From an uncultured Candidatus Nemicrothrix sp. (GTDB lineage: Bacteria > Actinomycetota > Acidimicrobiia > Acidimicrobiales > Aldehydirespiratoraceae): a stretch of DNA of 64,000 nt. A program made the position numbers and the translations under genes. The notes beneath the pieces were generated by a model. The model ran no database searches. It was not told where the DNA came from and saw only the letters and a program-made list of their open reading frames with translations. The stretch spans positions 2,632 through 66,631 of the forward strand of contig CAYFLT010000014.1 of NCBI GenBank assembly GCA_964344055.1, read 5' to 3'. Below are positions 7,882 through 18,449 of this stretch, in pieces. The stretch's first letter is position 1; every line of letters starts with the position of its first letter.

Positions 7882-9024
7882 TCAGGGAGCGGTGCGGCCC
7901 CGCCGGTGGGCGCTCTCGGTGAGCGTCTCCTCCTCCACCTCGTGGTGTTGGCGATAGCCCGAGATGAACGCCTGGGCGGTGGCGGCGAAGGGAAGCGCCA
8001 GCAGGGCTCCCACGACACCGAGTAGTGCGGCGCCGGCCAGCACGGAGCCGAACGCCACGGCGACATGCATCTCCATGGTCTGGGCGGTGACCTTGGGAGC
8101 GAACACGTAGTTCTCCACCTGCTGGTAGACGAACACCACGACCAGCACCGCCAACCCCTTCTGGGGATCGTCGAGAAGGGCCACGATGACCGGGAGCGCA
8201 CCGGCGATGTAGGTGCCGACCACGGGGATGAACTGGGACATCACCCCGAGCCAGATGGCCAGCGGAACCGGGAACGGCACGTCGATGACGGTGAACGCGA
8301 TCCAGTGGGCGACCGACGAGAAGATGGCCAGGACCGTCCGCGAGTAGATGTAGCCGCCGGTCTTCTCGATGGCGAGATCCCAGACCGACAGCACCACCCG
8401 CTGGCGCTCCGGTGACAGGAAGGAGCAGACGGTCCGGCGCAGCTTCGGTCCTTCGGCGACGAGGTAGAAGACGAACAGCAGGACCGTGAAGGCCTGGAAC
8501 ACCACGTTGACGATGGTGGTGCCGAGGTTCAACACGTCGTCGGCGAACCGCCCGGCGAGATCCGACACACCACCGCCCTCGACGAACTCGTCACTCAGGC
8601 TCTGCAGGTCGATGTCTTCGTCGACATTGTCCTGGAGCCACTCCTCGAGATCGTCGACGTAGCCGGGGGCCTCACCGATGAACTCGTCGAGCTGGGTGGC
8701 GAGGGCCGTGCCGATCGCGGCGGAGAAGCCGACCATGGCACCGAGCAGGGCGAGATAGACGAGCCAGACCCCCAATCCACGCCGGATGCCCCAGCTCTCG
8801 AGCCGGTTGACGGCGGGCTCGATCGCGAAGGACAGGAACAGGGAGATCAGGACGACGATCAGGAGGGATCGCAGGGATCGCAGTGCCCCGGTGCCGAGAT
8901 AGACGATGACCCATCCGAGCCAGAACAAGCCGATGGCCTTGATCACCCAGAGCGGCACTTTCGCACCCTGGTGCCACGGTGCGTCGTTGTCGATCGGAGC
9001 GGTCGTGTCCTCGGAATCCGCCAT
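7882..9024 (-). CDS. AI-2E family (PerM/UPF0118) transporter
   Basis: About 8 TM spans with family-typical length and pattern (…FLSFAIEPAVNRLE…, …GLAVLVVVFVYQQVENYVFAPKV…). Confidence 0.85.
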   Translation of the reverse strand: MADSEDTTAPIDNDAPWHQGAKVPLWVIKAIGLFWLGWVIVYLGTGALRSLRSLLIVVLISLFLSFAIEPAVNRLESWGIRRGLGVWLVYLALLGAMVGFSAAIGTALATQLDEFIGEAPGYVDDLEEWLQDNVDEDIDLQSLSDEFVEGGGVSDLAGRFADDVLNLGTTIVNVVFQAFTVLLFVFYLVAEGPKLRRTVCSFLSPERQRVVLSVWDLAIEKTGGYIYSRTVLAIFSSVAHWIAFTVIDVPFPVPLAIWLGVMSQFIPVVGTYIAGALPVIVALLDDPQKGLAVLVVVFVYQQVENYVFAPKVTAQTMEMHVAVAFGSVLAGAALLGVVGALLALPFAATAQAFISGYRQHHEVEEETLTESAHRRGRTAP

Positions 9025-9160
9025 CGCGAGGAACCTACTACTTCGGTTGGTTCCAGGGGGTCCTCTCTATACGCTTGTGCCCTCGTGTGAACGGGTTTCC
9101 CGGTCACCGCAATCGACGTCCGTGAAGGCCCCCCGGGGAACCACACGGCAAAACCGATCC

Positions 9161-9241
9161 AACGCTCCGCCGGGCCTGCCCGTGCGGAGCGTTCGCGTGG
9201 AACCCCCGGGCTCCATGCCACGGATACAGCGTGGAACCCCC
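9161..9241 (+). promoter_or_regulatory. Structured leader upstream of rplC: 10-bp hairpin (9161-9170/9184-9193) followed by direct repeat GCGTGGAACCCCC (9195 and 9229)
   Basis: Read directly in the 246-nt divergent intergenic region. Function (promoter or autoregulatory leader) is inferred only. Confidence 0.3.
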
Positions 9242-9270
9242 CAGGTTCTACTGACCCACAGGAAGCAACC

Positions 9271-9912
9271 ATGGCCACCAAGGCGATCGTCGGCGAGAAG
9301 GTCGGCATGACGCAGGTCTGGGACGACGAGAATCGTGTCGTCCCGGTCACCGTCCTGCGCGTGTCCCCGTGCCGTGTCGTGCAGGTCAAGACACCTGAGA
9401 GCGACGGCTACAGCGCCATCCAGGTCACGCTCGGCGTGAAGGATGCGGGCAAGCTCACCCGGCCCGAGGCCGGACACTTCGACAAGGCCGGCGTCGACCC
9501 GGGCCGCACGCTCGTCGAGCTGCGCCTCGACGACGTCAGCGAGTTCACGGTCGGACAGGAGATCGGCGCCGATGTCCTCGAGGCCGGCGAGCTGGTGGAT
9601 GTCACCGGCGTGTCGAAGGGCAAGGGGTTCACCGGTGTGATGAAGCGTCACGGCTTCGGCGGCGGTCCCGCCAGCCACGGCGCCCACAAGATCCACCGCA
9701 AGCCGGGAGCGGTCGGCCAGTGCGCCACGCCGAGCCGGGTGTTCAAGGGCAAGAAGCTGCCCGGTCGCCACGGTGCCTCCAAGGTCACCACCTTGAACCT
9801 CGAGGTCGTGAAGGCGGATCCCGAAGCCGAGATCCTCCTCGTGAAGGGCTCGGTTCCGGGCCCCCGGGGCGCCACCGTCGTGATCCGCGACGCGGTCAAG
9901 GGAGGCAACTGA
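9271..9912 (+). CDS. rplC: 50S ribosomal protein L3
   Basis: GMTQVWDD..., FTGVMKRHGFGGGPASHG. Confidence 0.97.
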   Translation: MATKAIVGEKVGMTQVWDDENRVVPVTVLRVSPCRVVQVKTPESDGYSAIQVTLGVKDAGKLTRPEAGHFDKAGVDPGRTLVELRLDDVSEFTVGQEIGADVLEAGELVDVTGVSKGKGFTGVMKRHGFGGGPASHGAHKIHRKPGAVGQCATPSRVFKGKKLPGRHGASKVTTLNLEVVKADPEAEILLVKGSVPGPRGATVVIRDAVKGGN

Positions 9913-9914
9913 TC

Positions 9915-10628
9915 ATGGCATCGGTCAAGGTCAAGACCCAGGCCGGCAAGGACGCCGGCACCGCCGAACTCGACGACGCCGTCTTCGGCATCGAGCCGAA
10001 CATGCCGGTGATGCACCAGGTCGTCACCGCCCAGCTCGCCGCCAAGCGGGCCGGCACCCACTCCACCAAGACCCGTCGTGAGGTCCGGGGTGGCGGCGCC
10101 AAGCCGTGGCGCCAGAAAGGCACGGGCCGAGCCCGGGCCGGCAGCTCCAATGTCCCCCACTGGCGTGGTGGTGGCGTGGCCCACGGCCCGAAGCCCCGCG
10201 ACTACAGCCAGCGCACCCCCAAGAAGATGGTGCGGCTCGCGCTCCACTCCGCCCTGTCGGACCGGGCCAGCGAGGGCAACGTGATCGTCGTCGACTCGTG
10301 GTCGTTCGACACTCCGAAGACCAAGGACGGACAGGCGGCGCTCGACGCGGTCGGGGCCGAGGGCAAGGTCCTCGTCGTACTCGGCGATGGCGACGTCAAC
10401 GCCTGGAAGAGCTTCCGCAACCTCACCAACGTGCACTGCCTCCACGTGGGTGAGCTCAACACCTACGACGTGCTCGACAACGACGTCGTCGTGTTCACCC
10501 AGGAGACCCTCCCCGTCGCCACCGAGATCCGCCGCGGCACCCACGCCCCGGCCGCCTCGGTGAGCAGCGACAGCGAGGACAGCATCGAGAGCCTCGACTC
10601 CGAGGACTCCCTGGAGGAGGAAGAGTGA
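9915..10628 (+). CDS. rplD: 50S ribosomal protein L4 (acidic Ser/Glu C-terminal tail)
   Basis: [15 protein letters not shown] motif. ATG at 9915, 2 nt after the rplC stop. Confidence 0.95.
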   Translation: MASVKVKTQAGKDAGTAELDDAVFGIEPNMPVMHQVVTAQLAAKRAGTHSTKTRREVRGGGAKPWRQKGTGRARAGSSNVPHWRGGGVAHGPKPRDYSQRTPKKMVRLALHSALSDRASEGNVIVVDSWSFDTPKTKDGQAALDAVGAEGKVLVVLGDGDVNAWKSFRNLTNVHCLHVGELNTYDVLDNDVVVFTQETLPVATEIRRGTHAPAASVSSDSEDSIESLDSEDSLEEEE

Positions 10629-10915
10629 AGGACCATCGTGACGTCCTCATCCGGCCGGTGGTGTCGGAGAAGTCCTACGGCCTCCTCGAGGAGAACGTCT
10701 ACACCTTCGTCGTCGCCCCGAGCGCGTCGAAGCCCGAGATCCGCGACGCCGTCGAAGCTCTGTTCGACGTGTCGGTCGTGAAGGTCAACACCCTCAACCG
10801 TCAGGGCAAGCGCAAGCGCAACCGCCGCACCGGTGGGTGGGGTCAGCGCCCCAGCCAGAAGCGTGCCCTCGTCACCCTCGCCGAGGGTGACTCGATCGAT
10901 CTCTTCGAGGCCTGA
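10625..10915 (+). CDS. rplW: 50S ribosomal protein L23
   Basis: [10 protein letters not shown]...YTFVV. GTGA overlap with the rplD stop. Confidence 0.95.
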   Translation: MKDHRDVLIRPVVSEKSYGLLEENVYTFVVAPSASKPEIRDAVEALFDVSVVKVNTLNRQGKRKRNRRTGGWGQRPSQKRALVTLAEGDSIDLFEA

Positions 10916-10917
10916 TC

Positions 10918-11725
10918 ATGGCGATCCGCAAGCGCAAGCCCACCAGCCCCGGTCGTCGGTTCCAGACGTCCTCGGACTTCTCCGAGATCACCAAGACCAC
11001 GCCCGAGAAGAGCCTGTTGGCGCCCAAGTCCAAGACGGGCGGGCGCAACAACTACGGCCGAAAGACCTCGCGTCACCGCGGTGGTGGCCACAAGCAGCAG
11101 TACCGGGTGATCGACTTCAAGCGCACCAAGGACGGCGTCCCCGCCACCGTGGCCGCCGTCGAGTACGACCCGAACCGCACCTGCAACATCGCTCTTCTCC
11201 ACTACCACGACGGTGAGAAGCGCTACATCCTCGCTCCCCGCGACCTGCAGGTCGGCGACAAGCTCGAGTCGGGCCAGCATGCCGAGATCCGTTCCGGCAA
11301 CGCCCTGCCGCTGCGCTACATCCCGGTCGGTACCACCGTCCACAATGTCGAGCTGAAGGCCGGCGCCGGCGCCAAGCTGGGCCGCTCGGCCGGCACCGCC
11401 ATCCAGCTGGTGGCCAAGGAGGGCGACTTCGCCACCCTGCGCCTGCCCAGCACCGAGATGCGCCGGGTCCCGATCGACTGCCGGGCCACGGTCGGCGAGG
11501 TCGGCAACGCCCAGCACGAACTCATCAAGATCGGCAAGGCCGGCCGCAATCGCTGGAAGGGCGTCAAGCCCCAGTCCCGCGGTGTGGTCATGAACCCGGT
11601 CGACCACCCCCATGGCGGTGGTGAAGGCAAGACCTCGGGTGGTCGCCACCCGGTCTCCCCGTGCCCACAAGGAATCCGACAAGTTGATCGTGCGCCGTCG
11701 CCGGACGCGCGGTTCGCGGAGGTAA
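10918..11725 (+). CDS. rplB: 50S ribosomal protein L2, 3' end disrupted (frame change near 11661; conserved tail [16 protein letters not shown]-stop in +1 frame ends at 11725)
   Basis: Perfect L2 up to ...[24 protein letters not shown]. The universal WG-P-G--TR segment is missing. As sequenced, the ORF reads through into rpsS (track ORF 10918-12009). Confidence 0.85.
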
Positions 11726-11730
11726 CTGAG

Positions 11731-12009
11731 ATGCCGCGCAGCCTGAAGAAGGGTCCGTTCGTCGACGACCACCTCCTGAAGAAGGTCGACGCCCTGAACG
11801 AGACCGGTGAGAAGAAGGTCATCAAGACCTGGTCCCGCCGCTCCACCATCATCCCCGACATGATCGGCCACACGCTGGCCGTCCACGACGGCCGCAAGCA
11901 CGTGCCGGTGTACATCACCGAATCGATGATCGGCCACAAGCTCGGCGAGTTCGCTCCCACGCGGACGTTCAAGTTCCACGCCGGTCAGGAACGGGGAGCT
12001 CGCCGATGA
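11731..12009 (+). CDS. rpsS: 30S ribosomal protein S19
   Basis: [19 protein letters not shown]...[13 protein letters not shown]. Confidence 0.95.
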   Translation: MPRSLKKGPFVDDHLLKKVDALNETGEKKVIKTWSRRSTIIPDMIGHTLAVHDGRKHVPVYITESMIGHKLGEFAPTRTFKFHAGQERGARR

Positions 12010-12935
12010 CGGGCGCCAAGACGAACGAGCGTCCCGGCACCCGGGCGCGGGCCAGCTACGTCCGCACCTCGGCCTACAAGGCCCGCGAGGTGCTGGACCT
12101 CATCCGGGGCAAGTCCTACGGCGAAGCCGCCGAGATCCTCGCGTTCAGCGAACGGGGCGTCTCCGAAGAGATCGGCAAGGTCCTCGACAGTGCGGTCGCG
12201 AATGCGGAGCACAACGACGATCAGCTGGCCGAGGAGCTCTATGTGTCGGCCTGCTTCGCCGATGAGGGCCCCACGCTGAAGCGCTGGCGTCCCCGTGCCC
12301 GTGGCCGCGCCACCCGCATTCGCAAGCGCACCTGCCACATCACGGTGATCGTCAGCCGCTACGACGAGGACACCCTCGAGCGCATGCGTGAGCGCGAGGC
12401 TGCAGGTGGCCGGGCGCAGAGCAGCCAGGCCGCGGAGGCTCGCCGTCAGCGAGTCGCCCAGAGCCGGGCCCGCGACGAGGCCGAGCACGACCACGATCAT
12501 GATCACGATGAGGTCGACGAGCCGGAGCTCACTGCGGAGGAGCAAGCAGCGGAGATCGTTGCTGCTACAGAGGCCGCGCTGGCCGAGGACGAGTCCGGAT
12601 CCGCTGCGGAAGTCAGCGGCGAGGACAACGACTACGACGCCGAGAAGGCCGATTCCGATCAGGACGAGATCGTCGACGCCGACGATGCCACCCCGTTCGG
12701 GCCGCTCAGCCATGCGCCGCTCGACGACCCCCAGGAGATGCCCGAGGGCTACCCGGTGAAGGGCAACGCGGATTCGATGAAGTACCACCAGCCCGGTGGG
12801 CGCTGGTACGACCAGACCGTCGCCGAGGTGTGGTTCGCCACCGCCGAGGCCGCCGAGGATGCAGGGTTCTCGGAAGCAGGTTCTTCCGCGAGCGCTGACG
12901 CGGATCCGGCGGATGCCGGCGAGAGCGAGGAATAG
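12006..12935 (+). CDS. rplV: 50S ribosomal protein L22 with ~190-aa acidic C-terminal extension
   Basis: L22 core (…[14 protein letters not shown]…[22 protein letters not shown]). Followed by a D/E-rich tail with HDHDHDHD and a terminal [20 protein letters not shown]...WF...AEDAGF motif. Confidence 0.9.
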   Translation: MTGAKTNERPGTRARASYVRTSAYKAREVLDLIRGKSYGEAAEILAFSERGVSEEIGKVLDSAVANAEHNDDQLAEELYVSACFADEGPTLKRWRPRARGRATRIRKRTCHITVIVSRYDEDTLERMREREAAGGRAQSSQAAEARRQRVAQSRARDEAEHDHDHDHDEVDEPELTAEEQAAEIVAATEAALAEDESGSAAEVSGEDNDYDAEKADSDQDEIVDADDATPFGPLSHAPLDDPQEMPEGYPVKGNADSMKYHQPGGRWYDQTVAEVWFATAEAAEDAGFSEAGSSASADADPADAGESEE

Positions 12936-12937
12936 TC

Positions 12938-13849
12938 ATGGGTCAGAAGGTCAACCCCTACGGGTTCCGCCTCGGCATCACCACCGATTGGAAGAGCCGC
13001 TGGTTTGCCGATCGCCAGGAGTACGCCGACAACGTCGTCGAGGATTGGAAGATCCGCGACTACCTGCTGTCCGAGCTCCCGCATGCGGCCATCAGTCGGG
13101 TCGAGGTGGAGCGCACCCGCGAGCGTCTGCGGGTCGACGTCCACACCGCTCGCCCGGGCATCGTCATCGGGCGTCGTGGTTCGGAGGCCGACCGTCTGCG
13201 GGCCGGGCTCACCGCCATCAGCGGAAACCCGAAGGTCCAGCTCAACATCCAGGAGATCAAGCAGCCCGAGCTCGACGCCGCGCTGATCGCCCAGGGTGTG
13301 GCCGACCAGCTGGCCGGCCGTGTCGCCTTCCGTCGCGCCATGAAGCGTGCCGTCCAGAATGCCCAGAAGGCCGGCGCCCTCGGGATCCGGGTCCAGTGCT
13401 CGGGCCGCCTCGGCGGTTCGGAAATGGCCCGCACCGAGTGGTACCGCGAGGGTCGCGTTCCGCTGCACACCCTGCGTGCCGATGTGGACTACGGCTTCCG
13501 TGAGGCCAAGACCACCTATGGCCGCATCGGCGTGAAGGTCTGGCTCTACAAGGGCGACATCCTCCCCTACAAGACCCAGACCGAGGACAAGGCCACCCTG
13601 GAGGCGGCCATGGCCGCCGGCGAGACCTCCGGCCAGTCCAAGCCCCGCAAGATCGTCTCCAGCGCGGCCGCCCGCAAGCGGGTCGCCACCCCCGAGACCG
13701 AGGCTCCCGAGGTCGATGTCGACGAAGAGCCGGCACCGCTCATCAAGGAAGCCGATCCCGAGTTCGAGAAGCTGCTCGACGAAGAGGACGCCATCGAAGC
13801 GTCCACCCGTGAGCACAGCGAGACCCCGCACTTCCGGGCGAACGACTGA
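12938..13849 (+). CDS. rpsC: 30S ribosomal protein S3 (C-terminal extension)
   Basis: [13 protein letters not shown]..., KH domain [10 protein letters not shown]. Confidence 0.97.
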   Translation: MGQKVNPYGFRLGITTDWKSRWFADRQEYADNVVEDWKIRDYLLSELPHAAISRVEVERTRERLRVDVHTARPGIVIGRRGSEADRLRAGLTAISGNPKVQLNIQEIKQPELDAALIAQGVADQLAGRVAFRRAMKRAVQNAQKAGALGIRVQCSGRLGGSEMARTEWYREGRVPLHTLRADVDYGFREAKTTYGRIGVKVWLYKGDILPYKTQTEDKATLEAAMAAGETSGQSKPRKIVSSAAARKRVATPETEAPEVDVDEEPAPLIKEADPEFEKLLDEEDAIEASTREHSETPHFRAND

Positions 13850-13859
13850 GGTTGTTGTC

Positions 13860-14276
13860 ATGTTGATGCCCAAGAAGGTCAAGCACCGCAAGCAGCAGCG
13901 TGGTCGCACCAAGGGCGTGTCCAAGGGACGCACCGAGGTCACCTACGGCGACTACGGCATCCAGGCGCTCGAGCCCGGCTGGATCACCGCCCGCCAGATC
14001 GAGGCCGCCCGTATCGCCATGACCCGTCACATCAAGCGTGGCGGCAAGGTGTGGATCAACGTCTTCCCGGACAAGCCGATCACCAACAAGCCGGCCGAGA
14101 CCCGTATGGGTTCGGGCAAGGGCAACCCAGAGATGTGGGTCGCCGTCGTCCGCCCCGGTCGCGTGCTGTTCGAGCTCTCGTACCACGACGAGGAGATCGC
14201 TCACGCTGCGATCGATCGTGCGATCCAGAAGCTCCCGGTCAAGGCCCGGTTCGTGAGTCGTGAGGAGGGGTTCTGA
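13860..14276 (+). CDS. rplP: 50S ribosomal protein L16
   Basis: [16 protein letters not shown]...RMGSGKG. Confidence 0.95.
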   Translation: MLMPKKVKHRKQQRGRTKGVSKGRTEVTYGDYGIQALEPGWITARQIEAARIAMTRHIKRGGKVWINVFPDKPITNKPAETRMGSGKGNPEMWVAVVRPGRVLFELSYHDEEIAHAAIDRAIQKLPVKARFVSREEGF

Positions 14277-14509
14277 TGGCGAAGGCCAAGGCGCTCGTCG
14301 ATCTCGGCGACACCGATCTCATCGAGAAGCTGTCGGACGCGAAGGAAGAGCTGTTCAATCTGCGCTTCCAGCTCGCCACCGGCCAGCTCACCAACCCGGC
14401 CCGCGTCAAGCAGGTCAAGAAGGAAATCGCCCGGATGCTCACCGAGCTGCGGGCCCGCGAGATCGCCGACGCCGACGCGGTGGCGGCTGCGAGCGGAGAG
14501 GACGACTAA
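14276..14509 (+). CDS. rpmC: 50S ribosomal protein L29
   Basis: ...ELFNLRFQLATGQL... Confidence 0.95.
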   Translation: MAKAKALVDLGDTDLIEKLSDAKEELFNLRFQLATGQLTNPARVKQVKKEIARMLTELRAREIADADAVAAASGEDD

Positions 14510-14842
14510 ATGTCTGAGCAAGCAACGCCTGAGCAAGCAACGCCTGAGCAAGCAGTGTCTGAGCAAGCAACGCCTGAGGCGAGCGACGCCCGTGCCAACG
14601 CCCGCAAGGTGCGTGAGGGCGTGGTCGTGTCCGACAAGATGGACAAGACCGCGGTGGTCGAGACGATCGACCGGGTACGGCATCGCCGCTACGCCAAGAC
14701 CGTGCAGCGGGCCAAGAAGCTCCACGTCCACGACGAGGAGAACACGCTGAACATCGGCGACCGGGTGCGGGTCCAGGAGACCCGGCCTCTGTCGAAGACC
14801 AAGCGCTGGCGCCTGGTCGAGGTTCTGGAGCGTGCGAAGTGA
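14510..14842 (+). CDS. rpsQ: 30S ribosomal protein S17 with N-terminal (EQATP)n repeat
   Basis: Core [19 protein letters not shown]...YAKT...HDE. Four 15-nt tandem repeats at 14515-14574. Confidence 0.95.
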   Translation: MSEQATPEQATPEQAVSEQATPEASDARANARKVREGVVVSDKMDKTAVVETIDRVRHRRYAKTVQRAKKLHVHDEENTLNIGDRVRVQETRPLSKTKRWRLVEVLERAK

Positions 14843-15207
14843 TCCAGCAGGAATCCCGGCTTCGGGTCGCGGACAACTCGGGCGCCAAGGAGGTCTTGTG
14901 CATCAAGGTCCTCGGCGGATCGAAGCGTCGCTACGCCTCGATCGGCGACATCTTCGTCGCCACCGTGAAGGACGCCATCCCGGGCGCTCAGGTGAAGAAG
15001 GGCGATGTCGTCAGGTGCGTCGTCGTCCGTGTGAAGAAGGAAAAGCGTCGTCCGGATGGCTCCTACATCCGTTTCGACGAGAACGCAGCCGTGCTCATCA
15101 ACGAGCAGAAGCAGCCGCGTGGCACCCGCATCTTCGGCCCGGTGGGTCGCGAGCTTCGTGAGAAGCAGTTCATGCGGATCGTCTCGCTGGCGCCGGAGGT
15201 CTTGTGA
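14839..15207 (+). CDS. rplN: 50S ribosomal protein L14
   Basis: [17 protein letters not shown]... Confidence 0.97.
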   Translation: MIQQESRLRVADNSGAKEVLCIKVLGGSKRRYASIGDIFVATVKDAIPGAQVKKGDVVRCVVVRVKKEKRRPDGSYIRFDENAAVLINEQKQPRGTRIFGPVGRELREKQFMRIVSLAPEVL

Positions 15208-15235
15208 TGAACGAAGTGAAGACCCAGGTGACAGC

Positions 15236-15562
15236 ATGAGTCGCAATCGAGGCATGAAGATCATCAAGGGCGATCGCGTCGTCGTGCTGTCCGGCAAGGA
15301 CAAGGGCGTCGAGGGCGTGGTCGAACGCGCCATCCCCGCGACGGGCAAGGTCATCGTCGACGGTGTGAACGTCGCCAAGAAGCACCAGGCCCCCACCCGC
15401 GGCGACCAGCAGGGCGGCATCATCGACAAGGCGATGCCGATCGACGCGTCCAACGTGGCCGTGGTCAGTCCCAAGGACGGCAAGGCCACCCGCGTCGGTT
15501 TCAAGATCAACGACGACGGCACGAAGGTCCGCATCTGCAAGCGCACGGGGGTGGAGCTCTGA
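15236..15562 (+). CDS. rplX: 50S ribosomal protein L24
   Basis: [18 protein letters not shown] core. AGGTGA RBS before the ATG at 15236 (alternative ATG at 15254). Confidence 0.92.
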   Translation: MSRNRGMKIIKGDRVVVLSGKDKGVEGVVERAIPATGKVIVDGVNVAKKHQAPTRGDQQGGIIDKAMPIDASNVAVVSPKDGKATRVGFKINDDGTKVRICKRTGVEL

Positions 15563-16128
15563 TGACCACCGCAACGATGCAGCCCCGTCTGCGCAGCCGC
15601 TACAACGCCGAGATCCGTGACGCCCTCAAGGCCGAGCTCGAGTTGCCCAACGTCATGTTGGTGCCCAAGATCGAGAAGATCGTGCTCAACATGGGTGTCG
15701 GTGACGCGGTCGGCCAGGCGAAGCTCCTCGAGGGCGCCCTGTCCGACATGGAGACCATCGCCGGCCAGAAGCCGGTGATCACCCGGGCCAAGAAGTCCAT
15801 CGCCAGCTTCAAGCTGCGCGACGGCAACGCCATCGGGTGCAAGGTCACCCTTCGAGGCGACCGCATGTACGAATTCCTCGATCGCCTGATCTCTCTGGCG
15901 ATCCCGCGGATTCGTGACTTCCGGGGACTCTCGCCGAAGTCGTTCGACGGCAACGGCAACTACACGTTCGGTGTCACCGAACAGCTCATGTTCCCGGAGA
16001 TCGACTACGACACGATCGACACGATCCGAGGAATGGACATCACCATCGTCACCACGGCGAAGACCGACGACCACGGACGGGCCCTGCTCAGCGCATTCGG
16101 CTTCCCGTTCCGACGCGAGGGGCAGTGA
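15562..16128 (+). CDS. rplE: 50S ribosomal protein L5
   Basis: ...[14 protein letters not shown]..., ...FPEIDYD... Confidence 0.97.
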   Translation: MTTATMQPRLRSRYNAEIRDALKAELELPNVMLVPKIEKIVLNMGVGDAVGQAKLLEGALSDMETIAGQKPVITRAKKSIASFKLRDGNAIGCKVTLRGDRMYEFLDRLISLAIPRIRDFRGLSPKSFDGNGNYTFGVTEQLMFPEIDYDTIDTIRGMDITIVTTAKTDDHGRALLSAFGFPFRREGQ

Positions 16129-16131
16129 CCC

Positions 16132-16317
16132 ATGGCGAAGAAAGCACTCCGAGAAAAGCAGCAGCGCACTCCCAAGTTCAAGGTGCGCCAGTACACCCGC
16201 TGCCGTCGATGCGGACGTCCGCATTCGGTGTATCGCAAGTTCGGCCTCTGCCGCATCTGTCTGCGGAAGATGGCCCACGCCGGCGAACTGCCGGGCGTGA
16301 AGAAGGCGAGCTGGTGA
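16132..16317 (+). CDS. rpsN: 30S ribosomal protein S14 type Z (zinc-binding)
   Basis: 61 aa; [20 protein letters not shown] with two CxxC pairs. Confidence 0.95.
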   Translation: MAKKALREKQQRTPKFKVRQYTRCRRCGRPHSVYRKFGLCRICLRKMAHAGELPGVKKASW

Positions 16318-16330
16318 GGGAGGTACGAAC

Positions 16331-16735
16331 ATGACGATGACTGATCCGATCGCCGACATGCTCACCCGCATCCGCAACGCCAACGTCGCGATGCACGATG
16401 AGGTCTCCATGCCGTCGTCGAAGCAGAAGGTGGCACTCGCCAAGGTGCTCGAGAAGGAGGGCTACATCAGCTCCTTCGCCGAGGCCGAAAACGGCGACAA
16501 GCCCGGCAAGACGCTCACGATCGAGATGAAGTACAGCCCCGATCGGGCTCGCGTCATCTCCGGTCTCACCCGCGTGTCGAAGCCCGGTCTGCGCATCTAC
16601 CGCCAGCGCAACGAGATCCCCCGTGTGCAGGGTGGGCTCGGTGTGGCGGTCGTGTCGACCAACAGGGGCCTCATGTCCGACCGAGAAGCGAGGAAGAACC
16701 GCATGGGCGGCGAAATCCTCTGCTACGTCTGGTGA
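16331..16735 (+). CDS. rpsH: 30S ribosomal protein S8
   Basis: [15 protein letters not shown]... Confidence 0.97.
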   Translation: MTMTDPIADMLTRIRNANVAMHDEVSMPSSKQKVALAKVLEKEGYISSFAEAENGDKPGKTLTIEMKYSPDRARVISGLTRVSKPGLRIYRQRNEIPRVQGGLGVAVVSTNRGLMSDREARKNRMGGEILCYVW

Positions 16736-16745
16736 GGGGAGCGTC

Positions 16746-17285
16746 ATGTCACGTGTAGGCAACGCCCCCATCACCATCCCGAGTGGCGTCGAGGTCTCCA
16801 TCAATGGGTCCTCGGTCACCGTGAAGGGTTCGAAGGGCTCCCTGGAGCGAGAGCTTCCGGGTGGCATCACCGTTCGCGAAGACGACGGCTCGCTCGTGGT
16901 CGAGCGGCCGGACGACACCGGTACGTCGAAGTCGTTCCACGGCCTGTCGCGTTCGCTGATCAACAACATGATCATCGGCGTGACCGAAGGGTTCACCAAG
17001 GAGCTCCAGATCCAGGGTGTGGGCTACCGCGCCACCCAGAAGGGCCCGCAAGCCCTCGAGCTGGCTCTCGGCTTCAGCCACCCCGTGAACATCACCGCCC
17101 CCGAGGGCGTGGAGTTCGAGGTGCCGGTCCAGACCCAGATCTTCGTGAAGGGGATCGACAAGCAGCTGGTCGGTCAGGTCGCGGCCGACATCCGTAAGTG
17201 GCGCAAGCCGGAGCCGTACAAGGGCAAGGGCATCCGCTACGCCGGCGAACGTGTGATCAGGAAAGCCGGAAAGGCGGCGAAGTAA
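16746..17285 (+). CDS. rplF: 50S ribosomal protein L6
   Basis: [17 protein letters not shown]...GVGYRA... Confidence 0.95.
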   Translation: MSRVGNAPITIPSGVEVSINGSSVTVKGSKGSLERELPGGITVREDDGSLVVERPDDTGTSKSFHGLSRSLINNMIIGVTEGFTKELQIQGVGYRATQKGPQALELALGFSHPVNITAPEGVEFEVPVQTQIFVKGIDKQLVGQVAADIRKWRKPEPYKGKGIRYAGERVIRKAGKAAK

Positions 17286-17650
17286 TGGCTGTTTCCGCGA
17301 AGAAGCGCCGCGACGACCGCATCCGGCGGCACAAGCGGGTTCGCAAGAACCTGCGCGGTACGCCCGACCGACCCCGTGTGGCGGTCTTCCGTTCCAACAA
17401 ACACATCTCGGCTCAGGTGATCGACGACCTCAGTGGCGTCACCCTGGCCTCGGTGTCCACCACCGAGAGCGCCCTGCGCGCCGACCAGAACGGCAACATC
17501 GACGCCGCCACGAAGGCCGGCACCCTGCTCGCCGAGCGAGCCAAGGCGGCGGGAATCGAGGCGGTCGTGTTCGATCGTGGTGGCTTCCGCTACCACGGCC
17601 GGGTTGCGGCGCTCGCCGACGCAGCCCGCGAGGGAGGACTGAAGTTCTGA
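17285..17650 (+). CDS. rplR: 50S ribosomal protein L18
   Basis: ...[29 protein letters not shown]...YHGRV. Confidence 0.95.
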   Translation: MAVSAKKRRDDRIRRHKRVRKNLRGTPDRPRVAVFRSNKHISAQVIDDLSGVTLASVSTTESALRADQNGNIDAATKAGTLLAERAKAAGIEAVVFDRGGFRYHGRVAALADAAREGGLKF

Positions 17651-18252
17651 TGGCGAATCAACGCAACGATCGCGAACCCAACCCGCGCGACGGTGGCGAA
17701 GGGCTCAACGAGTCCCGGGTCATCAACATCAACCGGGTCGCCAAGGTCGTCAAGGGCGGCCGTCGTTTCTCGTTCACCGCTCTGGTGGTGATCGGTGACG
17801 GCGCCGGCAAGGTCGGTCTCGGCTACGGCAAGGCCAAGGAGGTGCCCCTCGCGATCCAGAAGGGCACCGAAGAGGCCCGGCGCAACCTGTTCTCGGTCCC
17901 GATGGCCGGCTCCACGATCGTCCACGAGACGATCGGGGAGCTCGGTGCGGGTCGGGTCATGCTCAAGCCGGCGGCTCCCGGTACCGGCGTGATCGCCGGC
18001 GGGGCCGCCCGCGCCATCCTCGAAGAGGCCGGCATCCACGACGTGTTGTGCAAGTCGCTCGGCTCGCCCAACCACATCAACGTCGCCCGGGCGACCATCG
18101 AGGGCCTCAAGGCCCAGCGTCGCCCCGACGAGGTGGCCCGACTCCGTGGTCTCGAGCCCGACGAATTCCTCCCGACCGCCTTGTGGAAGGCGTACCAGGA
18201 GAGCGAGCGCGGCGAGCACAAGCCTGCTGTCGACGCCGACGAGGAGTCGTGA
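17650..18252 (+). CDS. rpsE: 30S ribosomal protein S5
   Basis: ...[33 protein letters not shown]... Confidence 0.97.
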   Translation: MANQRNDREPNPRDGGEGLNESRVININRVAKVVKGGRRFSFTALVVIGDGAGKVGLGYGKAKEVPLAIQKGTEEARRNLFSVPMAGSTIVHETIGELGAGRVMLKPAAPGTGVIAGGAARAILEEAGIHDVLCKSLGSPNHINVARATIEGLKAQRRPDEVARLRGLEPDEFLPTALWKAYQESERGEHKPAVDADEES

Positions 18253-18449
18253 TGGCGCTCAAAATCACCCAGACCCGCAGCGCCATCGGCTGCAAGCCCA
18301 AACAGCGCGGCACCCTGCGCGCGCTCGGACTGCGCGGCATCGGTCGCTCCAACACCCTGCCTGACCGTCCCGAGGTCCGCGGCATGATCGCCCGGGTCCC
18401 GCATCTGGTCAGCGTCGAAGAGGGCGTTGCGGAGGAGACGGAAGAATGA
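18252..18449 (+). CDS. rpmD: 50S ribosomal protein L30
   Basis: [27 protein letters not shown]... Confidence 0.93.
   Translation: MALKITQTRSAIGCKPKQRGTLRALGLRGIGRSNTLPDRPEVRGMIARVPHLVSVEEGVAEETEE

Noticed and set aside
10918-12009. A genuine L2-S19 fusion protein (363-aa track ORF)
   Set aside because: The join passes through an out-of-frame version of the conserved L2 tail, and the universal WG...TR segment is missing. rpsS keeps its own ATG. A lesion or sequence error is far more likely than a functional fusion.
14689-16443. 584-aa minus-strand ORF across rpsQ-rpsN
   Set aside because: It is antisense to six unmistakable ribosomal protein genes, so it is a shadow ORF.
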